Source of the DNA: a bacterium
Lineage (GTDB): Bacteria > Patescibacteriota > Microgenomatia > Levybacterales > UBA12049
Assembly: GCA_021777565.1 (NCBI GenBank)
Contig: JAJYDJ010000004.1
Span: forward strand, 34,077 to 98,076
Direction: 5' to 3'
DNA length: 64,000 nucleotides
In this document: in pieces, positions 45,535 through 55,741 of the stretch
Layout of the letters: every line of letters starts with the position of its first letter
Position numbering within the stretch: position 1 is the stretch's first letter
Program-made: the position numbers and the translations under genes
Notes under the pieces: model-generated
Databases searched by the model: none
What the model was told of the DNA's origin: nothing
Seen by the model: only the letters and a program-made list of their open reading frames with translations

Positions 45535-46051
45535 GTTCCAGAAGTTTTTCACAAGTTGCTAGATTTCGTATCGTGATCTCCTGATACCATTTTGTGCCAG
45601 AACCTTTACTAAAGCCACTGTCAGTCAGGCCATCTGCACGTGTCGCCATATACAAGACCCCTTTGCCCTCAGTCAGGGTATCGGTAGCAGTGAGTTTCAT
45701 CTCTTTTGCTATCTCTTCAGGAAGTGATGGGGGACGTACGAATGAAATGTAGCACCTTAGGTCCTCTGAGTGCCAAAGGGATGGCATGTCACTGATGACC
45801 TGTTCTAGCTCATCTCTGCTCACGAGTACGATCTTGCCATGATAGGAAAATGCACTGGCAAGCATCTGTTCGATCTTCTCAGTGAGTTGTGCCTGATCGG
45901 TCTCGGGTGAAGTAAAGATCACATTGCCACTTTGGATATAGGTCTGAACATGCTGATAGCCCTCCTCTTCAAAAAGCTTTTTCAGATCAGCCATCTTGAT
46001 GACATTTTTACCCCCAACATTGATCCCGCGAAGAAGCGCCAGATACGTCAT
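45509..46051 (-). CDS. DUF1697-family protein
   Basis: 180 aa. N-terminal MTYLALLRGINVGGKNVIKMADLKKLFEEEGY is typical of DUF1697. Confidence 0.5.
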   Translation of the reverse strand: MTYLALLRGINVGGKNVIKMADLKKLFEEEGYQHVQTYIQSGNVIFTSPETDQAQLTEKIEQMLASAFSYHGKIVLVSRDELEQVISDMPSLWHSEDLRCYISFVRPPSLPEEIAKEMKLTATDTLTEGKGVLYMATRADGLTDSGFSKGSGTKWYQEITIRNLATCEKLLELMKDVRAE

Positions 46052-46617
46052 AGATATTCTTCCTTTATCAGCGGCTTGTAGTCTTGTAAGAGCTTATGCA
46101 GCTTTGGGTCGATAACAAACATACAGTAGTCAGGACGTTTGCCACTCTCGTAGAAATTTCTCTGATAGTCCTCAGCCGGATAAAAGGTCGTAAAAGGCAC
46201 GATCTCAGTCACAATCGGGTCAGGATAGACATGATCTGCCTCAAGCTTGGCTTTTGACTCCTGCGCCGTCTTTTGCTGCTCAGGAGAATGGTAAAAAATA
46301 GCACTTCGATACTCAGGCCCCACATCGTTGCCTTGTCTATTGAGTGTCGTTGGATTATGGGTATGCCAAAAGACTTCAAGTAAGACGCTGTAGGGAATAA
46401 CTGTTGGATCAAATTCAATTTGCAGCGACTCCGCATGCCCAGTCTCACCGGTACAGACTTGTTCATAGGTCGGATTAGCAACCGTGCCGCCTGCATAGCC
46501 TGACATCACTGAAATGACTCCACGAAGTCGTTTAAATACTGCCTCAGTGCACCAGAAACAGCCATTGGCAAAGGTTGCAATCTCAGTCATATCATCAGTA
46601 TACTGCTTTCCAGCCAC
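46048..46617 (-). CDS. msrA: peptide methionine sulfoxide reductase MsrA
   Basis: 189 aa. GCFWCTEAVF active-site motif. Confidence 0.9.
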   Translation of the reverse strand: MAGKQYTDDMTEIATFANGCFWCTEAVFKRLRGVISVMSGYAGGTVANPTYEQVCTGETGHAESLQIEFDPTVIPYSVLLEVFWHTHNPTTLNRQGNDVGPEYRSAIFYHSPEQQKTAQESKAKLEADHVYPDPIVTEIVPFTTFYPAEDYQRNFYESGKRPDYCMFVIDPKLHKLLQDYKPLIKEEYL

Positions 46618-47263
46618 TCCTTGTAATGATCAAGTGATCCAGAAGTGTGATCCCTAATATCTCTGCTGCTTTTTCAACTCTTTTGGTAAAGAGAATGTCT
46701 TCGCGTGATGGGTCTAACTCGCCTGACGGATGGTTGTGTACGAGAATAATACTGGCAACCGGCATATCCCGGATCACATGAAAAATCTCAACAGGCAAGA
46801 CGCGTACGGTATTGAGATTGCCAACGGCGATCGTTTCACGATTGAGTATTTCCCCTCGTGCATTAAGATAAAAACAGACAAGGGTTTCTTTTTGATCTGA
46901 GAGAATGTCTTGTGATTGTAGGTAGATATGATCACCCGAGTGTGCAACCGATCTTTTGGGCTCTTTATATCTGATGATCAATTCAAAGAGTGAGAGAATT
47001 TGTGCTGTTTTGGCAGGGCCAAATGAAAGCTTTTCAATCACCTGCTTGTCAGGGATTTTCCCTGAAAGATAGATTTTCTCTAAAACTGTTGCCAGCTGAG
47101 TAACACTTTTGCTTTTACTTCCTGTGATAAACAGCGTCACCAAGAGCTCTTTAAGACTGAGTGAGGTAGGGCCACGGGCGAGAAGCTTTTCTCGAGGTCG
47201 AAGCGGCGTAGGAATTGAGTTGATCTTCCTTCTCACCTTTTTAGTATAGCGCGTTATGGACAC
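46595..47263 (-). CDS. radC: RadC-family JAB/MPN domain protein
   Basis: 222 aa. HNHPSGELDPSREDILFTKRV JAMM motif. N-terminal HhH region. Confidence 0.85.
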   Translation of the reverse strand: MSITRYTKKVRRKINSIPTPLRPREKLLARGPTSLSLKELLVTLFITGSKSKSVTQLATVLEKIYLSGKIPDKQVIEKLSFGPAKTAQILSLFELIIRYKEPKRSVAHSGDHIYLQSQDILSDQKETLVCFYLNARGEILNRETIAVGNLNTVRVLPVEIFHVIRDMPVASIILVHNHPSGELDPSREDILFTKRVEKAAEILGITLLDHLIITRSGWKAVY

Positions 47264-47619
47264 ACTTGTGCCTTAATAAGGCCCTGAATAGTCATCTCAT
47301 CAATGTCTTCTATACCAAGAATGGTATCCTCAGGAAGCACCATGTCATGGTACAGATCAGGGGTATCGGTTACCAAAATACATCTGGTCTTTTGAAGCGT
47401 CTGCTGTCTTTTTCTCAGCCTCAACAGCGCGGCGATATCTATCTCTCTGGCATCAGTCGTATAGATAACCATGCTAAGAAAAGAATTAATACTCAGGAAA
47501 AGAAGTGCGGTGGTGGCATCAGAGGCAGGAATAATTTCGCATTTTGGGGTAGAGAGCACTTCGTGATATAATTGGCGTACCTTGTCACAGTGAGAGAAGA
47601 ATAGTATATGGTCTAACAT
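47254..47619 (-). CDS. standalone CheY-like receiver-domain protein (atypical)
   Basis: 121 aa. Receiver-like alternation of beta strands and helices, with a conserved Thr and Lys (VTDTPD...K). The acidic pocket is degenerate. Confidence 0.3.
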   Translation of the reverse strand: MLDHILFFSHCDKVRQLYHEVLSTPKCEIIPASDATTALLFLSINSFLSMVIYTTDAREIDIAALLRLRKRQQTLQKTRCILVTDTPDLYHDMVLPEDTILGIEDIDEMTIQGLIKAQVCP

Positions 47620-47676
47620 AGATATACTTTATTCTATTCACAAAAGAGAGGTGTTGTCAAGATATTTTTTAGGAAT

Positions 47677-47958
47677 ATGTTAAACATTGGTGAAAAAATC
47701 AAACAAGCACGAAAGACAAAGCGGTTTACTCAGGATGAGTTGGCTCGTGCAATAGGAGTGAGCGACAAATCAGTTTCTGCGTATGAGTCAAGTCGTATCA
47801 ATCCACCACTGCCTGTGCTTGAAAAAATTGCTGAGAGTACCAACCATTCGATGAGCTATTTTCTTGAAGATACACTTGAGGCAGATATTATGGCAAAGCT
47901 CAAAGAAATTGAAGTACAGTTTAGTGAGATCAAAGAACTCCTGAAAAGACGTAAGTAA
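47677..47958 (+). CDS. XRE-family HTH transcriptional regulator
   Basis: 93 aa. KQARKTKRFTQDELARAIGVSDKSVSAYES is a Cro/C1-type HTH. Confidence 0.75.
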   Translation: MLNIGEKIKQARKTKRFTQDELARAIGVSDKSVSAYESSRINPPLPVLEKIAESTNHSMSYFLEDTLEADIMAKLKEIEVQFSEIKELLKRRK

Positions 47959-48663
47959 CTATCTCCAGTCAATTTCTGTCATCCCATGCTTCTTGAGATA
48001 CGTATTACACTGGCTAAAATGATGATGCCCAAAAAATAGATTGGCAGAGTAAGGTGAGGGATGCCCACTTTCCAGAACCAAATTATTTTCTCTATCAATC
48101 ACTGCTCCTTTGGCCTGTGCATATTTTCCCCAGAGCATGTACACCACATGCTGTCTATCTGTATTAAGTGCATGAATCATGGCATCAGTAAACTGTTCCC
48201 ATCCGATATTGGCATGCGAGGCAGGTTTATGCGCAAGCACCGTGAGTACACTGTTAAGCATCAAGACGCCTTGGCTTGCCCAACGAGTCAAATCACCTGA
48301 AGTAAGTGTCTGGATATCTAGGTCACTCTCAATCTCTTTGTAGATATTTTTAAGAGATGGGGGAAGAAGCACGCCATCATTGACTGAAAATGATAAACCA
48401 TTGGCCTGACGTTCTCCATGATAGGGATCTTGGCCAACGATAACGACCTTTACCTTATCAAATGGGCACAAATCCAATGCTTTAAAAATAGATGCTGCTG
48501 GTGGAAATACCGTAGTACTCTGATAATCTTTTCTCACTTTTTCAGTCAAGGTTTTCCAGTATGGAAGATCAAACTGGTCTTCCAGTTCTTTTTTCCAGGA
48601 TGGGTCGAGTCTAACCTCTGCCATAGGTTCATTATACACGCTATTCGTATCTAAGTGCGTCAA
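47959..48663 (-). CDS. ung: uracil-DNA glycosylase, family 1
   Basis: 234 aa. VVIVGQDPYHG (the GQDPYH motif) and HPSPYSANLFFG (the HPSPLS motif). Confidence 0.9.
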   Translation of the reverse strand: MTHLDTNSVYNEPMAEVRLDPSWKKELEDQFDLPYWKTLTEKVRKDYQSTTVFPPAASIFKALDLCPFDKVKVVIVGQDPYHGERQANGLSFSVNDGVLLPPSLKNIYKEIESDLDIQTLTSGDLTRWASQGVLMLNSVLTVLAHKPASHANIGWEQFTDAMIHALNTDRQHVVYMLWGKYAQAKGAVIDRENNLVLESGHPSPYSANLFFGHHHFSQCNTYLKKHGMTEIDWR

Positions 48664-49855
48664 TAGGTGACAGGAGTGACGCGCGACGAGCAGGATAGAG
48701 GCCGAAAATAACGCCGACCAGCATAGATACTCCTACCGCAATAAGAACAGAAGGGATACTAACCACAAATGGTATTTTTACAAATATTGAAATCAAGAAT
48801 GCAAGCCCTACTCCAAGCAGTATCCCGATAAGTCCACCAATACTCGTCATCACAATAGCCTCAATAAGAAACTGCAGGAGAATATCCTTATCCTTTGCGC
48901 CAATTGATTTTAAGAGTCCAATTTCTCGAGTCCTTTCAGTTACTGATACCAGCATAATATTCATGACGCCTACCCCACCCACGACCAGTGATATCGCAGA
49001 TATCGTCGTAATCAGCAGTGTTAACAGTTGGGTGATGGTCTGTACGGTCGTAATAGCATCGGTTGCACTGGTTATGATGAAATCATTTTCATCTGTGCTT
49101 TTGAGATTATGCCGTTCACGAAGAAGTTGCGTCACATATTCAATGTTGTCATTAATAAGATCAGGATTTTTGACACTCACGTCAAATTCATTGATCTCGA
49201 CATTGCCCTCTATCTCATGCAGCGCCACATTTAAGGGTATAAAAAGGGCACTATCCATAAATCCACCAACCATTGCGCTGGCCGATCTGGCTACACCGAC
49301 GATGCGAAACGTTTTATTATCTATCTTAATTTTTTCACCAACCGGATTGGCGCATTTGCCAAAGAATACTTCTGATGCTTTTTCACCAAGGACAACCACT
49401 CGTTCACTATCTTGATCATCAGACTGCGTGAAGAAATCGCCGTGAACCATGGTGGGTTTGAGCATGTCTACAATATCAGCAGTTGATCCATAGGTTAGAT
49501 AGGTTTTCGTTACGTCGTTTGCTGACGCTTCGGCAGTGACAAGAGCAAAAACCGCAACACTTTTGAGATTGGTGAACGAGGTATCATTACGAATGGCATC
49601 TGCATCCTCAAGCGTGAGTGATTTAGACCCACCAGCAAAACTTGAGAGGGCACTACTTCCAGGATTTATTTGAAAGTAGTTGGTGCCAAATGCAGACAAT
49701 TCATTAGTCACAAATGCAACCGATCCTTGCCCAAGTGACACAATGAGAATGACAGACGTAATACCAATGACAATGCCAAGCATCGTCAAAAGAGTACGCA
49801 TCAAATTGGTACGAAGTGCTGTAATTGCATTAAGAACAATTTCTTCAAATTCCAT
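48641..49855 (-). CDS. ABC transporter permease, MacB/FtsX family
   Basis: 404 aa. N-terminal TM segment, a large periplasmic MacB-PCD-like domain and three C-terminal FtsX TM helices. Confidence 0.8.
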   Translation of the reverse strand: MEFEEIVLNAITALRTNLMRTLLTMLGIVIGITSVILIVSLGQGSVAFVTNELSAFGTNYFQINPGSSALSSFAGGSKSLTLEDADAIRNDTSFTNLKSVAVFALVTAEASANDVTKTYLTYGSTADIVDMLKPTMVHGDFFTQSDDQDSERVVVLGEKASEVFFGKCANPVGEKIKIDNKTFRIVGVARSASAMVGGFMDSALFIPLNVALHEIEGNVEINEFDVSVKNPDLINDNIEYVTQLLRERHNLKSTDENDFIITSATDAITTVQTITQLLTLLITTISAISLVVGGVGVMNIMLVSVTERTREIGLLKSIGAKDKDILLQFLIEAIVMTSIGGLIGILLGVGLAFLISIFVKIPFVVSIPSVLIAVGVSMLVGVIFGLYPARRASLLSPIDALRYE

Positions 49856-50551
49856 TTATTTCCCTTTCCCTTTATCACTGACAATCTTTCCATCAACAAT
49901 ACGTATCTGCCTGTGAGCCATATTGGCAATGTCTTCATCATGCGTAATAACAACGATTGTGTGACCTTCTTCATGCAGACTATGCAGTAACATCATGATT
50001 TCTTTTGAAGTCGTGCTGTCTAAATTCCCTGTTGGTTCGTCTGCCAAAATAAGAGCAGGCTCCATAATCAGTGCCCGAGCAATCGCTACTCGCTGGATTT
50101 GCCCACCGGATATTTTATTGGACAAGCTTTGTACTTTATCCGTGAGCTTTACTAGTTCAAGTGCTTTCATGACACGCTTTTCACGTTCATTCTTAGGAAT
50201 ACGCGCATACAGCATCGGACGCTCTACATTTTTGAACACACTCGTACGGGGAAGCAGATTAAATGTCTGGAAAACAAATCCTATTTCTTTATTTCGAATC
50301 TCTGCTAGCTCATCTGAAGAAAACGAACTAATATCCTTGCCTCTAAAAAGATATTGACCAGTGGTCGGAGTATCCAGTGCTCCCAGAATATGCATGGTAG
50401 TTGATTTGCCACTGCCTGATGGCCCCATGATCGCGACAAAGTCTCCTTGCTGGACAGTGAGGCTTATCCCATTGAGCGCCTGATAGGATGTCCCATCATC
50501 CAAGGGATAACTTTTGGTGACATTGATAAGCTGGATGACTGGTGTTGTCAT
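49856..50551 (-). CDS. ABC transporter ATP-binding protein (MacB/LolD-type)
   Basis: 231 aa. Walker A GPSGSGKST, signature LSGGQIQRVAIARAL, Walker B ILADEPTGNLD. Confidence 0.9.
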   Translation of the reverse strand: MTTPVIQLINVTKSYPLDDGTSYQALNGISLTVQQGDFVAIMGPSGSGKSTTMHILGALDTPTTGQYLFRGKDISSFSSDELAEIRNKEIGFVFQTFNLLPRTSVFKNVERPMLYARIPKNEREKRVMKALELVKLTDKVQSLSNKISGGQIQRVAIARALIMEPALILADEPTGNLDSTTSKEIMMLLHSLHEEGHTIVVITHDEDIANMAHRQIRIVDGKIVSDKGKGK

Positions 50552-51771
50552 ATACCAAGTAAACTGGGGCGTTGTATCAGTTCATTGGTTAAAGAGACAA
50601 TAATTTCTTGATTCTCTTTTAGTCCTGAAAGTATTTGAGTGCGGCTTTGTCCTTTGACGCCAACTTCTACCGGCACATAGATCATCTGCTTTTGTGCATT
50701 TAATACCCGCACTGACTTCTTACCTTGATAGAGAACAATGGCCGCGTTGGGAACTGTCAGGACATCGGTTAGTTTTTTCGTCGTGATCTGGGCATCCATA
50801 CTCATGCCGGATCGTAAATTGACATCGGCTACCGTAATGCCTACATATACTGTGTACTTCACAACACCCTGCACTGATCTCCCCATAGTATCAACTCTTT
50901 CAACAACACCCGAGTATGTTTTATCTTTATATGCATCAGGCAGAATAACTACTTCTTGTCCTGGTTGAATTTTTGCAATATCACTCTGTCCGAAATCAAC
51001 CACTCCGATAATTTTCGGATTGGTTACCAGGGTGAGAGCGGGACGGGGGATACTGGTGGGAGAATATGCCTGCACCTTACTCCCTTGTGCTATGGATAGG
51101 TTGCTGACCGTACCATAGGTGGTAGCCTTTACTGTCGCATTTTGGGTAGCCTGATAGGCAAGCCAGGCAGTGTTCATTTTTGCCTGTGCAGCACTCGTGA
51201 GCACTTCATGATTTTTATAACTCTTTTCAGAGGCGAGCCAGTTGTCCTGTGTTGATTGAAAAGCTGCAGATTCCAATCTTTCTTTTTGTTTTGGCGTGTC
51301 ATTACTATTCTCATAGTCAGAGCTCGTAGCCATATCCATAAATGCTTTCCAGGCAACATACATAGCCGAGCGAAGCGTATTGGCCGTGGCATCTGCTTGA
51401 TTGTATTCAGATTGGGCAGCCAGATAGGCTGTGTACGCTGCTTGTTGCTCCTGTTCCGTTGCTGTACTTTTCACGATGAAAAGTGTCTGACCAGCCGAGA
51501 CTGAGGCACCATTTTCAACCATTACTGACTGCACGACACCAGTTGTTGGTGAATAAATATCTGTCTGGCTATCAGCAAGCAGGGTGCCAGATTCGGTAAC
51601 AACTTCTGTCAGTGGTGTCTTTTCAACCTTGCCCATGACATAGCCACTTTGTTTTGGCAGAAGATAATTGAGAGCGATCACAAGTATGATCACGGCAAGG
51701 AAAGCAATGCCAATTTTCTTCTTCCACGAAGTATGCAGATACCACACAAACGGACCGAGTAGACGGTGCAT
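50548..51771 (-). CDS. efflux periplasmic adaptor (HlyD/MacA family)
   Basis: 407 aa. N-terminal TM anchor, coiled coil, lipoyl and beta-barrel regions. First gene of the adaptor-ABC-permease operon. Confidence 0.7.
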   Translation of the reverse strand: MHRLLGPFVWYLHTSWKKKIGIAFLAVIILVIALNYLLPKQSGYVMGKVEKTPLTEVVTESGTLLADSQTDIYSPTTGVVQSVMVENGASVSAGQTLFIVKSTATEQEQQAAYTAYLAAQSEYNQADATANTLRSAMYVAWKAFMDMATSSDYENSNDTPKQKERLESAAFQSTQDNWLASEKSYKNHEVLTSAAQAKMNTAWLAYQATQNATVKATTYGTVSNLSIAQGSKVQAYSPTSIPRPALTLVTNPKIIGVVDFGQSDIAKIQPGQEVVILPDAYKDKTYSGVVERVDTMGRSVQGVVKYTVYVGITVADVNLRSGMSMDAQITTKKLTDVLTVPNAAIVLYQGKKSVRVLNAQKQMIYVPVEVGVKGQSRTQILSGLKENQEIIVSLTNELIQRPSLLGI

Positions 51772-51821
51772 ACATTCAGCGTATGAGTATAGGCAGAAGA
51801 AGTCAGTGATCTATGTTACAA

Positions 51822-52220
51822 CTATTTATCCAGCGGTAGAGGAAGTTCCTGCCCTTCTGGGATGAACTTGATTGATAGCGAATTGACGCAATGCCTCGTA
51901 TCAGTCGCAGTAAAATGTTCACCTGTGAACACATGTCCTAAATGAGCACCACAGTGGGCACACTCAATCTCTTCCCATTCACCAAACATCCACATGTTCA
52001 TGGGTACTCGTTTGACTGCCCCTGGAAAGTTTTGATCAAATGATGGCCAGCCACACCCAGCATCAAATTTAGCTTTTGACGAGAAAAGAGGCGTATTACA
52101 TCTGCGACAAATAAAAGTCCCAGGAACATAAAAATTATCATATTCACCAATAAAGGGACGCTCAGTTCCTTTATCCTCGATAACGTGTTTTTCCTCTTCT
52201 GTCAGCATATTGTATGCCAT
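51822..52220 (-). CDS. msrB: peptide methionine sulfoxide reductase MsrB
   Basis: CxxC...CxxC zinc site plus the RxCxxCxxHLGHVF motif (ECAHCGAHLGHVF). The start was trimmed to the internal Met (MAYNMLTEEE) to remove the overlap with greA. Confidence 0.85.
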   Translation of the reverse strand: MAYNMLTEEEKHVIEDKGTERPFIGEYDNFYVPGTFICRRCNTPLFSSKAKFDAGCGWPSFDQNFPGAVKRVPMNMWMFGEWEEIECAHCGAHLGHVFTGEHFTATDTRHCVNSLSIKFIPEGQELPLPLDK

Positions 52221-52251
52221 ATCCTCAGTATAGCATGGTATACTACACAAG

Positions 52252-52725
52252 ATGAAACGACCGGTCGAGAAAAAAGCAGAAATTCTTTTTACCAAAGAGG
52301 GCTTAGAAGAAGTTCAGGCAGAGCTCAAAAGTCTGCAGCAGCTTCGCCCCAGCGTGGTAGTCGAGCTGTCACGTGGACGAGAGATGGGAGACTTGAGTGA
52401 AAATGGTCTGTATCGTGGTGCCAAAATGAAACTTGGACAAGTAGATGGCCGTATCAGGCATCTGACCAGGCTACTCAAAGCAGCAAAGGTTATAGAATCA
52501 AAACAATCAGAAATCATTCAATTTGGATCAGTCGTAACCATAATTACGAATGATAAAGAGTATACGTATCAAATTGTTGGTGGCTATGAATCCAACCCCG
52601 CCAAAGGGACTATCTCACATCATTCACCTCTGGGACAGGCACTGATGGGTAAGAAAAAGGGTGACTCGGCCGTCGTCACTACCCCAACAGGCGAGATTCA
52701 CTACACGATTCACACGATCAAATAA
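52252..52725 (+). CDS. greA: transcription elongation factor GreA
   Basis: 157 aa. N-terminal coiled coil and a C-terminal FKBP-like domain (GxISxxSPLGxALxGKKxGD). Confidence 0.85.
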   Translation: MKRPVEKKAEILFTKEGLEEVQAELKSLQQLRPSVVVELSRGREMGDLSENGLYRGAKMKLGQVDGRIRHLTRLLKAAKVIESKQSEIIQFGSVVTIITNDKEYTYQIVGGYESNPAKGTISHHSPLGQALMGKKKGDSAVVTTPTGEIHYTIHTIK

Positions 52726-53526
52726 TTATTTCTTGGAGATAAGAGAGAGTACGAAGAAAACCAGTGCCAGTACCACGATGGCTCCACCTGCTGGCAGATC
52801 AAAATAATAGGAAACGATAATTCCAGCGATCACCGAAAAAAGTGAAAAACACTCAGCATAGACAATCGTTCTTAAAAACCCCTCTTTAAATTGCAGTGCC
52901 GTCACCACCGGGATCACAATGAGTGCTGAGATGAGCAAAATGCCAACAATAGGGATCGCCAGTGCGACCGTCAGTGCTGCAAGTGCAATAACAAGTGTAT
53001 TAATAAATCTGGTCGGGATGCCGCCAACCTGTGCTGCTTCTTCATCAAAAGTGATATAGGTAAGTTCTTTATAAATCAGTAATACCACCGCAAAGACAAT
53101 GACCCCAATACCCAAAATTGCATACACATCACTTTGTTTGACTGTGACAATACTGCCAAAGAGATAATTAAACAAATCGACACTAAATCCATGCGCCAAA
53201 CTGATAAGGATAATGGCGACCGCAAGACTTCCTGAGAGGAAAATAGACAGCGCCGACTCGCCATACACTCTTTTGGAAAGCCTGAGCCTCTCGATCACTA
53301 CTGAGGAACAGACTGCTGCCCCGATAGCAGTGAAAAGGGGATTGACGCCAAAAAGTAACCCGATGGCTACCCCGGCAAGTGAAATGTGAGAAAGCGTATC
53401 GGCAATAAGTGAATAGCGCCTCAGAACGAGAAACATGCCAATTAGAGGGGAAATAAGCGCGATAATCGTCCCAACTTCAAGCGCTCTGACCATAAACGCG
53501 TACTGCAGAAAATCAAACATGGACAT
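52726..53526 (-). CDS. metal (Zn/Mn) ABC transporter permease, ABC-3 family
   Basis: About 8 TM helices with a ZnuB/MntB-like pattern. The start was adjusted to the internal Met to avoid overlap with the upstream ATPase gene. Confidence 0.8.
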   Translation of the reverse strand: MSMFDFLQYAFMVRALEVGTIIALISPLIGMFLVLRRYSLIADTLSHISLAGVAIGLLFGVNPLFTAIGAAVCSSVVIERLRLSKRVYGESALSIFLSGSLAVAIILISLAHGFSVDLFNYLFGSIVTVKQSDVYAILGIGVIVFAVVLLIYKELTYITFDEEAAQVGGIPTRFINTLVIALAALTVALAIPIVGILLISALIVIPVVTALQFKEGFLRTIVYAECFSLFSVIAGIIVSYYFDLPAGGAIVVLALVFFVLSLISKK

Positions 53527-54265
53527 CCTCCTTTCCAGAAAGCCGTGCAAAGTACTCAGTATGAACAAAATTCTTTGGAACACCATGATACACGAGCGTC
53601 TTATTGATATAGGCAATCTCTGTTGCCTCATGATCAACAACGTCCAGTTCATGAGTAACTAAAATAAGTGTCAAATTCATGGTGGTATTTAACTTTTGCA
53701 AGAGTGCATAGAACTGTTTTTGTGTCTTTACGTCAACCCCAACCGTTGGCTCATCAAGAATAATCACTTCAGGTTCACCAGCCAAACATCTGGCGATAAA
53801 AACTCGTTGTTTTTGACCACCTGAGAGATCACCAATGCGACGATCCCTATACTCCCACATCCCAACTTCTTTCAATGCATTCTCGACGGCTTCATGATCT
53901 TTCTTGCCAGGGAGTTGTAAGAGACCAAGACGAGGGAATCTTCCCATCAACACGACTTCTTGTACGGTCATAGGGAAATTTACATCAATATGAGTTGCTA
54001 GCTGGCTGACATACCCAATTTTCTTCCACCCTTTAAACTTTTTAATATCCTGGCCAAAAAGTGAGACACTCCCAGATCGTGGTGTCTCGAGTCCCAAAAG
54101 CACCCGAAGTAAGGTAGACTTACCACCACCGTTGGGCCCAACAATGGCGAGATAGTCTCCTCGGTGCACTGGAATCGTGACATGCTCAAGTACCATCTCA
54201 TCGCCATAGGCAAATGAAACGTCGCTCAGCTGGATAATCGTGTGGCTGTGATCGGTTACTGACAT
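53513..54265 (-). CDS. metal ABC transporter ATP-binding protein (ZnuC-like)
   Basis: 250 aa. Walker A GPNGGGKSTLL, signature LSGGQKQRVFIARCL, Walker B ILDEPT. Confidence 0.85.
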   Translation of the reverse strand: MSVTDHSHTIIQLSDVSFAYGDEMVLEHVTIPVHRGDYLAIVGPNGGGKSTLLRVLLGLETPRSGSVSLFGQDIKKFKGWKKIGYVSQLATHIDVNFPMTVQEVVLMGRFPRLGLLQLPGKKDHEAVENALKEVGMWEYRDRRIGDLSGGQKQRVFIARCLAGEPEVIILDEPTVGVDVKTQKQFYALLQKLNTTMNLTLILVTHELDVVDHEATEIAYINKTLVYHGVPKNFVHTEYFARLSGKEDVHV

Positions 54266-55173
54266 ATGAGTGCCTTTCTTAAGTTTACTAAATTTTGCTC
54301 CTGAATCGTGAAGTAGTTCGCACCACTGACTTGTTTTTCTTGAGGGATACCCTCCAGTGGATCAAGCACCAATGTCTGTGCCCCAGTCTCTGCGGCAATG
54401 GTATCTGATAATTTGGGTGATACTAAGGACTCAAAAAAGATATAGGGGATATGTTGAGATTTTACCAGCTGCGCAATCTCTGCTATTTTTTGGGTAGATG
54501 GTTCTTCATCTGGTGAAATCCCACTTATAGCAATTTGGGTGAGGTTATACTGTGTGGCAAGATATCCAAAAGCTGCGTGGGAAGTAACAAAACTTTTGAG
54601 TGTGCAGGAAGTAAAGGCTGCTTTGTATGCACGGTCCAGGGCATCAAGCTCTGTCTCAAGCGTCTTAAGATTTCTCAGGTAATCACCCTGATGTGCTGGG
54701 TCTATAGCAACAAGGTGTTTTTCTATAGCTTCTGCTTCTTTTTTGGCAAGCAGTGGATCAAGCCAGATATGTGGATCAATGATCTTTTGACCATTCTCTT
54801 GTAAGTTTTGATTAAACAATCCATCCCCAGCAACTAGGACTTGGGTAGAAGTTCCTTTTAGCTGATCCTTGATCTTATCTCCCCATGGTTCAACATTACC
54901 ACCATTTAGAATTAACAGCCTACTTTTGGAAATAGTAATGATATCCTGCGTGGTTGGTTCATAATCATGAGGCTCAGCACCTGCTGGTGTGATCGTTGTG
55001 ACAAAGACATGATCGCCTCCGATACTGGAGGCAAAATAGGCGAGTGGGTAAAAGGATGCGGTTATGGTAATCTTTGAAGTTTGCTCTGAGGAGGTAAAAA
55101 GACGCAGCTTAAGTATAATTGCTAGGATCAACACGGTCGTTACCACAAAAAAAAGTAGAAGAAATCTCCTCAT
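54256..55173 (-). CDS. metal ABC transporter substrate-binding protein (TroA/ZnuA family)
   Basis: 305 aa. N-terminal signal/anchor, His/Asp/Glu metal-ligand regions (EPHDYEP, HIWLDP). Confidence 0.8.
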   Translation of the reverse strand: MRRFLLLFFVVTTVLILAIILKLRLFTSSEQTSKITITASFYPLAYFASSIGGDHVFVTTITPAGAEPHDYEPTTQDIITISKSRLLILNGGNVEPWGDKIKDQLKGTSTQVLVAGDGLFNQNLQENGQKIIDPHIWLDPLLAKKEAEAIEKHLVAIDPAHQGDYLRNLKTLETELDALDRAYKAAFTSCTLKSFVTSHAAFGYLATQYNLTQIAISGISPDEEPSTQKIAEIAQLVKSQHIPYIFFESLVSPKLSDTIAAETGAQTLVLDPLEGIPQEKQVSGANYFTIQEQNLVNLRKALICQ

Positions 55174-55249
55174 ATTCTTAGTATATGCAACAGAGTTGCA
55201 TTCGTCAAGGCTTTCGCCTTATATTCTGCTATACTAATTCTACACAAAT

Positions 55250-55741
55250 ATGGCTGACGCTACCTTTACATGGATCCCAACGCGAGAAGTACCAACAGAT
55301 TACCAAGTTACACAATCATCTGGTATTATTTTTGACACAAATGGCAATTTGCTTATTGGATCAATGCACAGCAACAATGAATGGAATCTTTTTGGTGGGT
55401 CACCAGAAGAAGGTGAGTCTGCCCTAGATGCACTTCTTAGAGAATGTATTGAAGAGGGAGATGTGAAAATTAAAAATATCCATCTACTAGGAGTCTTTCA
55501 TGTTCATTTCCTTCAGAACCCTAATCCCAAAGAAGGAGAGGATTTCTACCAGGCACGATACATTGCAGATATTGATGAGCTTTTACCACAGACTCCAGAT
55601 CCAGATGAAAAAGAAATCACGATTTGGCAAAGAATACTCGTACCTGCAGAGACAATCACAAATTATATTGATTGGGGAGAAAACGGAAAACGTATGTTTC
55701 AGGAAGCAATTAAACTTCACAGTTCACTTAGCCAAAAGTGA
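55250..55741 (+). CDS. NUDIX hydrolase
   Basis: 163 aa. Nudix box GGSPEEGESALDALLRECIEEGDV. Confidence 0.75.
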   Translation: MADATFTWIPTREVPTDYQVTQSSGIIFDTNGNLLIGSMHSNNEWNLFGGSPEEGESALDALLRECIEEGDVKIKNIHLLGVFHVHFLQNPNPKEGEDFYQARYIADIDELLPQTPDPDEKEITIWQRILVPAETITNYIDWGENGKRMFQEAIKLHSSLSQK